A stretch of DNA of 55,939 bases from Verrucomicrobiales bacterium (lineage in GTDB: Bacteria > Verrucomicrobiota > Verrucomicrobiia > Verrucomicrobiales > Verrucomicrobiaceae), in the NCBI GenBank assembly GCA_020439875.1, contig JAGRPD010000009.1:1-55939 (forward strand), read 5' to 3'. Both the position numbers and the translations under genes were made by a program. This document shows, one piece after another, positions 28,074 to 37,443 of the stretch. The notes under the pieces were generated by a model. The model had not been told where the DNA came from, made no database searches, and worked only from the letters and a program-made list of their open reading frames with translations. The stretch's first letter is position 1. Every line of letters starts with the position of its first letter.

Positions 28074-31000
28074 TCACGGTTCGGGTATCACCGTGAATCC
28101 GATGCTGGGACAACAATCATCAATGGTTAGGGTATAACTGCGCTCTCCCGTGCAGCCTTGATTGTCCGTGACTCCCACCGTAAATCCATACACTCCGCCT
28201 GTCGTCGGAGTGCCCGACAACACCCCTCCCGGACTCAACGTCACACCTGGAGGCAGCGATCCCAGCGTCTTGGCGAAAAAATAGGGGCCGCTGCCATTCA
28301 CCGCAGAAAGAGAAACGGAATACGCCGTGGTGACCGACCCATTGGGCAACGTCAGGGGTGCCACTGCGATGGCCCCACAGCCAACCGTCATCGTATAACC
28401 CCGAATCTTCGCACAACCCACCGCGTCCACCACCTCAATCTCAAAACTCGACGAACCCAATACCGTCGGCACCCCGGTCACAGCTCCACTCACGGCATCG
28501 AGGTTCAACCCGCTCGGTAGTGACCCGCTTGCAAGGCTGTAAACATAACCTCCCGCTCCACCGCTCGCCGCAACACTGCCGCTGTAGGCCTGACCAACCA
28601 CAGCTTGCCCGAGATTCCCCAACGCAATCACAGGGCAGACCCGCATGGTGTAGTCACGGAATCCCGCACATCCATACGGATCGGTTCCCGTCACTCGGAA
28701 GTTTGCGAGCCCCACCGAAGTCGGCGTTCCCGACACGAGTCCCGACCCGCCCGTTAAGGCGAGACCGGTCGGCAGCGCGCCCGACGTCACCGCGTACACA
28801 AACGGTCCGGCGGATCCGGTTCCCGACATCTGAGCAGTGTAAGGCACTCCGACCTCCGCGTTGGGAATGGTAGCTGGCTGGATCGCAATCGAAGGGCAAG
28901 TACCGGTGGTCAACAAGTCTTCCACTTCTCCCACTCCAACCAAACCCGTCGAACCGGGAGACATCACACTCGTCAGTCTCACTCGCACACCGATCGCCCC
29001 CGAGCTAACCTGCAGAGGTGCTGTGAAGGAGATCACGCGATTCGCCGCCGAGGTGCCTGGATTCACCATCTCGTCGGTCGCAATCTGTTCCGCAGTAGTT
29101 AGATCGCCATCTTGGTCAAAATCGATCCACGCGTTCAAATAGGCTGAACCTGCGGTTGCGTTGGTCACGTTAACGGTCAGAGAATTTGCTTGGCCAGGAA
29201 CGATTGATGCAGGCACCGTGACACCATCTTCATCGTCGATGCCGTCAGCGTCGTCCCCCTCGGCGGTTGCATTGGCCAAACTTGAATTCGGCTCCACATC
29301 CACCTGAGCACCCATGCGCAACGCGGTGTTCACCGTGCTCGCCGCCGCCACAAAGTTTGAGTAATCCCCATAGTCAGCACCAGACTGGATCGAGACCATG
29401 TAATCCTCCACCTCACCACTGCTGGCCTCTCCAATACTGGTCAGGCCTTTCGAGCGGCTCAGGCGGAAGCGCACCCCGACAGGTCCGTCAGTTCGAGCGG
29501 CAGCGGGCACCCACACCGGCAGTGCATGTTCCTCATAGGAGTAGGGGAGCACCTCCCAATCAGCCACCACCTGCTCTCCCACTTCTTCAAAGTTGCCATT
29601 CCGATTGTAGTCGATCCAGACGTTCAGAAACGCTGACGTTGCATCGAGGTTGCCAGCTAACACCATGATTTCCGTGGCAGATCCCGCCTGAAGATCCAGC
29701 GCAGTGACGAGCCCATCTTCATCGGCCACATTGTCAGCGTCATCCGCCGTTGCGTCGGCGTTTTGCAGGGTGCCGACATCGCCATCCACGCGTTTTCCGA
29801 GCAGCAAGTCGGGGGTTAGCGCGTGGCGCGGGCCGTTGTCAGCGAGCCGCGTACGATAGTTCCCGAGCGAGGTGCCTGCTGAGGCGTCGGCGAGGTCACC
29901 ATAGTCATAACTGGCAGCCCCCACTCGCAAGATATAGTCTTCCACTTCTCCAGGTCCACCCGCACCGACCGCCCCTGGAGACGCCACCTGGGTCAACCGC
30001 GCCCTCACACCAATGAGACCGGACGTCGTGTAATCTGGTACCGTCACAGAATAGTCTCGCGCCTCATTTTCAATACCCGGCAGAACCTCATCATTACTGA
30101 CCACTTGGTCTCCGGCGGAGAGTGTTCCATCACCATCGAAGTCCATCCAGACATTGAGGTAGGCCGGACCCACATCCTTGTTGGTGACCACCACGCGCAG
30201 GCTCGCCAAAGCGCCGGGCGTGATCGAGGCCGGCAGATAGACACCATCCTCATCATCCGGCACGCCGTCTTCGTCGTCTCGAGATGCGTTCACATCGGAA
30301 GCACCCACCTCAGCATCTACGCCACTGCCCATAAAAATCAGCTTGCTCCAGCCGTTGGCCGCATCGGCGAATCCGGAGTAGTCCCCATGATCCATCGGCG
30401 TGTCATCGGGATTGATGACCTCGGTCAAAAAGTCCTCCACCTCACCCAGATTCCCCAAAGCAACTCCGCTGGGCAGCTGCCCGGCCGTCCCGGAATTGAG
30501 GCGCAGACGCACTGCAACTGGACCCGTGGTCATTCCAGCAGGAACGTCCACGCCAAATTGCACCTCCGAAAACTCCAGCGTGTTATCCAAATCGAGATCG
30601 ACCAGCACCTGCTCTCCCGCATCGTCAAAGGAGCCGTTCCGATTCCAGTCCACCCAGGCGTTGAGGAAATTCTGCGCTGCGGGACTGCCGACCGTTGACA
30701 CCATCACCCGCACTTTCAGCAACTCCCCCGATATCATGTTGCCCCAGGAAATCACGCCGTCCTCGTCATCCAGACCATCGAGATCATCTCCCGTAGCCCC
30801 CGCATTGGCGAGTCCGGAGCCCTCCGCATCCACTTGTCTGCCCAGCAACAAGCCCGCCGTCGGAGCTGCCCAGGCCGTCAGGGTGCCGTCGCCCAGATAG
30901 TCACCATAATCGAAGCTGCCGCTCGCCGCCTGGATCGTGACCCAGTAGTCTTCCACTTCGCCGTCCGACGCCTCCCCGAGTGCGGTCAAACCACCATCGG

Positions 31001-34000
31001 TCGAGAGTCGCAACCGCAGCCCCGTGCCTCCCACTGCTGCGGACATGGGCACAGTACCTGAGACGGGAACGATCAAACTGGTGCTCGCTGGAGCGATCAC
31101 CGGCGTTGCCAAAACCTCGCCTGCGTCGTCGAAATCACCATCTGCATTCCAATCCAAAAAGGCATACAGCGTTGGAGCCACACCAGCGGTTTTTTCGATC
31201 GCGACCGAGAAGGAAAAGGGCTCTCCTTGCACCAACGATGTTAGATTGGACAAGCCATCTTCATCCGCTCCATCACCCGTAGCCGTAACACTCGGTTGAC
31301 CGTCCACCTCCGCATCCACTGCAGATCCCAGCACCAACGAGGTCGGCGAGATGGTATGGCGCGCCCCATTTTTGCTCAGCGTCGTGCCGTAAACCTGACC
31401 GCCAATCTCCGGCAGGTCTCCAAAGTCCAAGCTCGGACGAATCACCAGCAGAATCGAAGTCTGAAACTCGCAGTGCCCGCCTGCCGACACCGCCGTCACA
31501 TCGAGAGGATAATTCCCCACCGCCGTCGGAGTGCCGCTGATCAACCCCGTGGCGCTATCAAGGCTCAAACCCGGGGGTAGTGCGCCGGTTACGCTGTAAG
31601 TGAAGATCAGGCTGCCTCCTCCAGAAACTGCCACAGAGCCTGAATAGCTCGTCGCCAAGCGGCCTTCAGGCGGCACCGCCGTGAGGCTAAGCACCGGGCA
31701 CTTCACATTCACTTCATAGTCCTCCACCTCACCCTGCCCCGTCGATGCCCCGGAGAAGGCCGGTGTGCTGCTGCCCTCCGCCACCCGCAGCCGCAGAAAA
31801 CGAGATCCTGGAGCCACGGAGGCAGGCACTGTGAAGGTCACATTTTTTCCGCCACTGCTGCTCACCGTCACCACGTTGGACATCTCGTTCGCGTCCGCGC
31901 CATCTCCATCTCCATTCCAATCGACATAACCTACCAAGCGCGCCGTCCCACCACTCAGAGACGCCGGTGTCACCGTCACCGGAACAACGAGGGCAGTGAC
32001 CTGCCCGATGACGAAATCCGGCATCGTCAAATCTTCATCATCCGTTCCCGCTGCGTCGTCTGCTGTGGCCAATCCCGTCGTTGGTGAGTTGGCCTCCGCA
32101 TCGGTGGGATTGGTCCCCATGCGAAGGGCGGTGCTGATCACCTGACTGGCGCTTGAAAAGGCTGGATAGTCTCCAAAATCCACTTGGCTCGCCGAGGGAT
32201 TGACGGTCAAACTCAACGCCTTTGAGCCAAGGCAGCCGGTCGCATCCACCGCTTGCACCGTGAAAGAGGAAGAACCCGCACTCGTGGGTGAGCCACTGAT
32301 CACGCCTCCTGAACTAAGGCTCAGTCCAGCTGGCAAAGTCCCACCCACTACCGACCAAACCACGGCTCCCTGCGCCCCACTCACGCTCAGCGTCTGACTG
32401 TACGCACTGCCTACAGTGCCAGTCGGCAGACTGCTCGGACTGATGGCCAAGACCGGGCAATCAACAGAGACCAGATAGTCTTCCACCTCCCCACTGGTCG
32501 AGGCACCGATCGACGTCAGACCGGTCTGCAAACTCAGCCGCAATCGCAATCCGATCCTCCCGATCGCAGCCGTCGCAGGCACCGTGCCACTGAGCGTCAC
32601 ACTAGCTAGGCCGCCGTTGGAGGCCACGGTTTGAACGGGGAAGGCCTCCGACGCATCCGCGAAGTCACCATCTGCATTCCAGTCAGCAAAACCATACAGA
32701 CGCGCCGTACTCCCCGTTCCATTGACCACCTGGACGGGGAAGGAGTATGCCGATCCACGGACAAAACTCGGCACGCCATCGAGTCCATCCTCATCACTTC
32801 CATCGCCCGTAGCTCCGTCATTGGGCTGTCCGTCCGCCTCCGCATCCACCTTTTCTCCGAGGGTTAGTTTGTCAGTCAAGGTGTGGCGAGGCCCACCGTC
32901 GGCAGCCAGCGTCTGGTAGTCTCCGTTGCTCGTTCCCACCACCTTGTCGGGCAGATCGCCCCAGTCATCCGTCCCTTTGGATCCGGGTGTAAACTCAATC
33001 GGGCAGCATGAATCAACAACCAATCCTTTCACCGTCAATCCTGTCCAGGTATAGACCCCGGCCGTCGTCACCGTGTAGTCCGTATCCGTGGCACCTGGAA
33101 TCGGATTTCCATCTAACAACCAGACCACCGACGTCACCCCCGTTGGAACCTGCAAAACATAGACATCTCCCGACTCCAAAACGATGGGGGCAGGACAGGC
33201 CCCAAATGTCAGCGTCAACTCGAAGGCAGTCTCGCAGCCATTCGAGTCCACCACCACGATGGTCAATGGATCCGTCCCTTCTTTGACAGGCACACCGTAG
33301 AGCAATCCGGTTTTTTCATCCAACGTCAGCCCCTCCGGAAGCGTCTTTTGATCCGCCACAAAGTAATACGGAGCCTCGCCGCCACTGGCACTCAGTGCCA
33401 CTTCGTAATACTGACCCACCGTCATCGAGGGGAGCGGCAAAGGCGACAGCGCCAACACGGGACAGCCTAAGCTGAGCGTGTACGCTCGAGTGCCGCTGCA
33501 CTGGGTGGTGGGATTCGTTGCCCGAATCGTGAAATCGTAGGTTCCAACTCCATTCGGTGTGCCAGACAACACACCGGTGGAACTGTTGAGCGTCAACCCC
33601 GGAGGCAAAACTCCCGACACCACTTGGTAGGTGTAGCTGGAACCCCCACCCGAAGCGGTAATCGTCTGGCTGTACGGTGTTCCAGCCTGCGGGTCGGGAA
33701 GGGCTGCGGGGCTCAACGAGATGCTCGGACAGGTGATGCTGATCATGTAGTTTTGACCCGCCACGCAGTTGTTAGCATCCCGAGCTGTCACTCCAAACAT
33801 GTAGTTTGCAGACGTGGTCGGCGTCCCGGAGATGACTCCACTGCTGGTATTCAGCGTCAGGCCCGGCGGCAGAGTGCCTGTCGAAATCGAAAACGTGTAG
33901 GGAGTCGCCCCACCGCTAGCACTCACCGTCGCGCTGTAGCTCAGTCCCGCGCTCCCCGAAGGCAGCGTGGCGGGTGTTAGACTGATCGCCGGGCAGCCTC

Positions 34001-37000
34001 CTCCTCCCGTGACGGCAACGGTGTAGGTACGAGATCCTCCACACAATTTCGAGTCCTTGGCCATGATGGTGAAGGAGCGGGTCTGCTCGGTCGTCGGCAC
34101 ACCCGACAAAGTCCCCGTGAACGGATCAAAGAACAACCCACTTGGGATACTGCCACTCGCCACACTGAACGTGTAGCTTCCCTGCCCACCACTGGCCGTA
34201 AAGGTCTGCGAGTAATATTGGCCCACCACCGCATTGGGAATGCTCAAAGGTGCCACCAAAATCGTGGGACAGGTTCCGATGGTGATCGTGTAGTCCCGGC
34301 TCGCCATGCACACCAGCCGATCCGTCACCGAGATGGTGAAAGCAAAAACTCCGTCTGTGCTAGGGACGCCCTGGATCACACCCGTCGCATTGTCCAGAGC
34401 GAGTCCCGGCGGAAGTGAGCCCGTCACCAATTGATAGAGGTAAGGAGCGGAGCCGCCTGTCGCTTGGACTTGAGCTTGATACACCGCGCCTTTGGTTCCA
34501 TCCGGCAGCGTGGCTGGCCCCACCGCCAAGCCACCGCAGGCAACGGTCAACGTCGTCGAGCCTGAACAGGTCTGGCCACCGTCTCCTGTCGTTGCCGTGA
34601 TCGTCGCGGTGCCGCCGACCGCCGGTGTGCCGGAGATCGCACCCGTCGCCGGATTGATCACCAATCCCTGGGGCAGGTTCGTCGCCGTCCAAGTGTAGAA
34701 TCCCGCAGGTGAAGCAGACGGTGTCTGATTGTAGGGCACACCGATTGCCCCAGGGGGCATGGGCTGCGGAGTAACTGTCACCGACGAACACCCGCCTGGG
34801 TTGATGGTGATCGCGCGTGTCGCCTGTCCCGTGCAAGCCGCAGCGTCTGTCAGTCCCACTGTAAAACTGTAGGTGCCACTCGTCGTTGGATTTCCAGCCA
34901 ACAAGCCGTTTGAACTCAACGACAAACCGGGAGGTAAGCTGCCACTGAGAAGCGTGAAGGTGTAGGGTGCCGTGCCGCCCGTGCCACTCAAGGTTTGGCT
35001 GTAGGCCGTGCTAACGGTGCCATTCGGCAACGAGGCCGGATTCATATTCAAAGCAGGACATCCCGACCCCGGGTTCAGCACGAAGCTGTGTGAGCCTTTG
35101 CATCCATTCGCATCCTCCGCCTGGATCACGAAACTCGTCGCCGCACCGGAATTGGTCGTGCCGCTGATCACTCCACCGGATGAAAGCGTCAATCCAGCAG
35201 GAAGACTGCCGCTCACCATAGAATAGATGTAGGGACTCTGCCCACCTGCAGCCGTCAACGTTTGATTGTAGGGGACACCCAGAGAAGGATTGGGCAGGGT
35301 CGTCGGTGAAATCGTAATGGACGGGCAAGACACAACCAACGGGATCGACACAAAGCACGTCGTACCACTGATCATCGTACTCGCCTGAATCGTGGCTGTG
35401 CCGAAGGTCTGGGGAGTGCCGCTCACCACCCCTGTGCTCGCCTGAATGGTGAGACCAGCCGGTAGGTTGGTGGCGGTCCAAGTGTAGGTTCCGGGGGGCG
35501 TGCAATTGAAATCCACCGAGTAAGCAGACCCCACCGTTGCATTAGGCGCAGGGTTTGGCGTGATCTGCATCGATGGACAACTGGCGGGAGTGATTATCAC
35601 AGCCACCGTGAATGTGCCCGTACATCCCGCCGCATCCGTCACTTCAATATCCGCGTACCACGTTCCCGCATTGTCGGGCGTACCATTGATCTCACCGGAC
35701 GGATCCAAAAACAGTCCCGACGGCAGCGACGATCCCCACTCACTGTAGAGATAGGGCGGTGTGCCGCCCGACGCTGCGAGTGTCATTTCGTACCACTGCC
35801 CCACCGTTCCCTGCGGCATCCCCCAAAAGTTTGGCTGCATGTCCAGCGGCGGGCAGCCATTGATGATGATTTGGCGTGTGGTGTTGGTATCACAGCCGTA
35901 GGCATTGGTCACCGTCACCGTGAAGCTGAAGGTCCCTGCCGCTGTGGGCGTTCCCGAAATATCTCCGTTGTTCGCGTCGAGGCTCAGCCCATCTGGCAGC
36001 GCACCACCCGTCACGCTGTAGGTCACCGATCCATATCCACTATTCACATAACCATTGACCGAATAAGGCGTACCCACCGATCCGGGTGGCATGTAACTGG
36101 GGAAATAGGTGATCGTTGGACAGTCGGGCGTCCAAACCTCCGACATGGTTCCGGTGCAGCCCATCGAATCCGTCGCCGTGATCGTGAATGCATAGGTGGC
36201 TCCATCCGTTGCGACTCCCGATATCTGACCCGTCGTTGAATTCAACGTGAGGCCATTGGGCAATTGACCCGAGGTCACCGCAAAGGTGTAGGGAGGCACG
36301 CCACCGGTCGGACTCAGAGTGCGATTGTAAGATTGACCAATGTGCGGATCCGGTGGAGCCGGAGCCAAAACGGTGATCACCGGGCAGCCCGGCGCATCGC
36401 ACAGCCCCATGTTGATGTCATTCAGTGACCCACCATTGACGATCTCCAGCGTGACCGTCTCTCCCGGGCTCGTCGTCGGCCCCGTCACCACATAACTCAT
36501 CGTTGCCGAGGTCGATCCGTAGGCCGCATAGTCCGTGAATTCAAATCCCGACGGGAGTGGCATGCTCACTGTGTACTGACCGTTGGCCAAACCATAAAAG
36601 TTGTAGTACCCGGTACCAGATGTCACGTCAGTGGCGATCACCGTTCCCCCTGAATCGTGGAGGCTGACGGTCACGCCTGACATTCCAGGCTCGGAGTTAG
36701 AACGAATGCCATCGCAATTCGAATCAATCCAAACCCGACCTCCAATCGAACCATCGGAGGACTCTTCCACCGGCAAGGTGTAGGTTCGATCATACTCGCA
36801 GGTGCCCGAGCTATTGGTCACTTGGAAATGAAGCGTGTAGGTCGTCAAGGGATAGTTGGGAGTACCCGAAATCTCGACCTGATCTCCCACTTGCGTCCAG
36901 GTCATGCCTGGCGGCAGGCTGCCTGAAATCAGATCCCAAGTCAGCGGCGGGTTTACACTGCTCACTGAGATGAATTCGTTGTACTGCTGGCCAGGATGCG

Positions 37001-37430
37001 CGGCAAACAAGGTCGTGAGAAACGGATACCAAGTGGCCGCTGGGCAGTTCAAAGCTGTGGTCGTGACGTAGTTCGACTCGAGCGTGTCAAAGCCGGGCAC
37101 GTAGGCGCAGCGCTGGATCTGCATCCCTACCTGAAAGATCGGCTGAAGTGTCACCCATGGCAGGTTAGGATCCAGATCATCGGCCACGTTCGGCACTGGA
37201 TCCCATCCACCGCCCGTCGAATACATCCAAATGTAATGCACCGGGTTTTGGGAAGACTGAGGCAGCGTGACGTTTTCGACGGATCCTGTGTTCGCGTTCC
37301 ACGAGATCGTCCCCGCATTCGTCACAGGGTTCGCCCACACCTGTGCCAGGCCTGCTCCCCACCACACCGCTGCCACCAGGCTGCAAAGCAGCCAGCGGCT
37401 CGCGCGGGGAATGGTGGAGGGGTGAGTCAT
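28074..37430 (-). CDS. Giant secreted repeat protein (about 3118 aa): about 18 He_PIG-type Ig repeats, 1 SdrD-B/Cna-B-like domain, 7 GEVED modules
   Basis: Track ORF 28074-37544 trimmed to MTHPSTIPRASRWLLCSLVAAVWWGAGLAQVWA (signal peptide, cat at 37428-37430). Stop TGA at 28074-28076 verified. Only 13 nt separate the start from the stop of the upstream 727-aa gene. The protein ends ...DDCCPSIGFTVIPEP. Confidence 0.9.
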   Translation of the reverse strand: MTHPSTIPRASRWLLCSLVAAVWWGAGLAQVWANPVTNAGTISWNANTGSVENVTLPQSSQNPVHYIWMYSTGGGWDPVPNVADDLDPNLPWVTLQPIFQVGMQIQRCAYVPGFDTLESNYVTTTALNCPAATWYPFLTTLFAAHPGQQYNEFISVSSVNPPLTWDLISGSLPPGMTWTQVGDQVEISGTPNYPLTTYTLHFQVTNSSGTCEYDRTYTLPVEESSDGSIGGRVWIDSNCDGIRSNSEPGMSGVTVSLHDSGGTVIATDVTSGTGYYNFYGLANGQYTVSMPLPSGFEFTDYAAYGSTSATMSYVVTGPTTSPGETVTLEIVNGGSLNDINMGLCDAPGCPVITVLAPAPPDPHIGQSYNRTLSPTGGVPPYTFAVTSGQLPNGLTLNSTTGQISGVATDGATYAFTITATDSMGCTGTMSEVWTPDCPTITYFPSYMPPGSVGTPYSVNGYVNSGYGSVTYSVTGGALPDGLSLDANNGDISGTPTAAGTFSFTVTVTNAYGCDTNTTRQIIINGCPPLDMQPNFWGMPQGTVGQWYEMTLAASGGTPPYLYSEWGSSLPSGLFLDPSGEINGTPDNAGTWYADIEVTDAAGCTGTFTVAVIITPASCPSMQITPNPAPNATVGSAYSVDFNCTPPGTYTWTATNLPAGLTIQASTGVVSGTPQTFGTATIQASTMISGTTCFVSIPLVVSCPSITISPTTLPNPSLGVPYNQTLTAAGGQSPYIYSMVSGSLPAGLTLSSGGVISGTTNSGAATSFVIQAEDANGCKGSHSFVLNPGSGCPALNMNPASLPNGTVSTAYSQTLSGTGGTAPYTFTLLSGSLPPGLSLSSNGLLAGNPTTSGTYSFTVGLTDAAACTGQATRAITINPGGCSSVTVTPQPMPPGAIGVPYNQTPSASPAGFYTWTATNLPQGLVINPATGAISGTPAVGGTATITATTGDGGQTCSGSTTLTVACGGLAVGPATLPDGTKGAVYQAQVQATGGSAPYLYQLVTGSLPPGLALDNATGVIQGVPSTDGVFAFTISVTDRLVCMASRDYTITIGTCPTILVAPLSIPNAVVGQYYSQTFTASGGQGSYTFSVASGSIPSGLFFDPFTGTLSGVPTTEQTRSFTIMAKDSKLCGGSRTYTVAVTGGGGCPAISLTPATLPSGSAGLSYSATVSASGGATPYTFSISTGTLPPGLTLNTSSGVISGTPTTSANYMFGVTARDANNCVAGQNYMISITCPSISLSPAALPDPQAGTPYSQTITASGGGSSYTYQVVSGVLPPGLTLNSSTGVLSGTPNGVGTYDFTIRATNPTTQCSGTRAYTLSLGCPVLALSPLPLPSMTVGQYYEVALSASGGEAPYYFVADQKTLPEGLTLDEKTGLLYGVPVKEGTDPLTIVVVDSNGCETAFELTLTFGACPAPIVLESGDVYVLQVPTGVTSVVWLLDGNPIPGATDTDYTVTTAGVYTWTGLTVKGLVVDSCCPIEFTPGSKGTDDWGDLPDKVVGTSNGDYQTLAADGGPRHTLTDKLTLGEKVDAEADGQPNDGATGDGSDEDGLDGVPSFVRGSAYSFPVQVVNGTGSTARLYGFADWNADGDFADASEAFPVQTVASNGGLASVTLSGTVPATAAIGRIGLRLRLSLQTGLTSIGASTSGEVEDYLVSVDCPVLAISPSSLPTGTVGSAYSQTLSVSGAQGAVVWSVVGGTLPAGLSLSSGGVISGSPTSAGSSSFTVQAVDATGCLGSKALSLTVNPSASQVDFGDYPAFSSASQVISTALRMGTNPTDAEANSPTTGLATADDAAGTDDEDLTMPDFVIGQVTALVVPVTVTPASLSGGTARLVGYVDWNGDGDGADANEMSNVVTVSSSGGKNVTFTVPASVAPGSRFLRLRVAEGSSTPAFSGASTGQGEVEDYEVNVKCPVLSLTAVPPEGRLATSYSGSVAVSGGGSLIFTYSVTGALPPGLSLDSATGLISGTPTAVGNYPLDVTAVSAGGHCEFQTSILLVIRPSLDFGDLPEIGGQVYGTTLSKNGARHTISPTSLVLGSAVDAEVDGQPSVTATGDGADEDGLSNLTSLVQGEPFSFSVAIEKTAGVAPTLYAFLDWNADGDFDDAGEVLATPVIAPASTSLIVPVSGTVPMSAAVGGTGLRLRLSTDGGLTALGEASDGEVEDYWVTIQAASGSFDYGDYLGDGTLTAWAAPTAGLLLGRQVDAEGSGLANAGATGDDLDGLDDEDGVISWGNMISGELLKVRVMVSTVGSPAAQNFLNAWVDWNRNGSFDDAGEQVLVDLDLDNTLEFSEVQFGVDVPAGMTTGPVAVRLRLNSGTAGQLPSGVALGNLGEVEDFLTEVINPDDTPMDHGDYSGFADAANGWSKLIFMGSGVDAEVGASDVNASRDDEDGVPDDEDGVYLPASITPGALASLRVVVTNKDVGPAYLNVWMDFDGDGTLSAGDQVVSNDEVLPGIENEARDYSVTVPDYTTSGLIGVRARLTQVASPGAVGAGGPGEVEDYILRVGAASYDYGDLADASAGTSLGNYRTRLADNGPRHALTPDLLLGKRVDGDVGTLQNADATADDADNVADEDGLVTALDLQAGSATEIMVLAGNLDATSAFLNVWIDYNRNGNFEEVGEQVVADWEVLPYSYEEHALPVWVPAAARTDGPVGVRFRLSRSKGLTSIGEASSGEVEDYMVSIQSGADYGDYSNFVAAASTVNTALRMGAQVDVEPNSSLANATAEGDDADGIDDEDGVTVPASIVPGQANSLTVNVTNATAGSAYLNAWIDFDQDGDLTTAEQIATDEMVNPGTSAANRVISFTAPLQVSSGAIGVRVRLTSVMSPGSTGLVGVGEVEDLLTTGTCPSIAIQPATIPNAEVGVPYTAQMSGTGSAGPFVYAVTSGALPTGLALTGGSGLVSGTPTSVGLANFRVTGTDPYGCAGFRDYTMRVCPVIALGNLGQAVVGQAYSGSVAASGGAGGYVYSLASGSLPSGLNLDAVSGAVTGVPTVLGSSSFEIEVVDAVGCAKIRGYTMTVGCGAIAVAPLTLPNGSVTTAYSVSLSAVNGSGPYFFAKTLGSLPPGVTLSPGGVLSGTPTTGGVYGFTVGVTDNQGCTGERSYTLTIDDCCPSIGFTVIPEP
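28899..32984 (-). repeat. GEVED-module region of the 3118-aa protein (7 modules, interrupted by 2 Ig repeats)
   Basis: Motifs SGEVEDYLVSV, QGEVEDYEVNV, DGEVEDYWVTI, LGEVEDFLTEV, PGEVEDYILRV, SGEVEDYMVSI, VGEVEDLLTTG at ORF aa 1521-2882. Confidence 0.75.
33201..36389 (-). repeat. Array of 12 He_PIG-type Ig repeats in the 3118-aa protein
   Basis: ORF aa 386-1448. Each unit starts with CP/CS/CG (CPVITVLAP, CPTITYFPS, CPPLDMQPN, CPSMQITPN, CPSITISPT, CPALNMNPA, CSSVTVTPQ, CGGLAVGPA, CPTILVAPL, CPAISLTPA, CPSISLSPA, CPVLALSPL). About 88.6 aa per unit. Confidence 0.78.
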
Positions 37431-37443
37431 CGCCACGTTCGAT

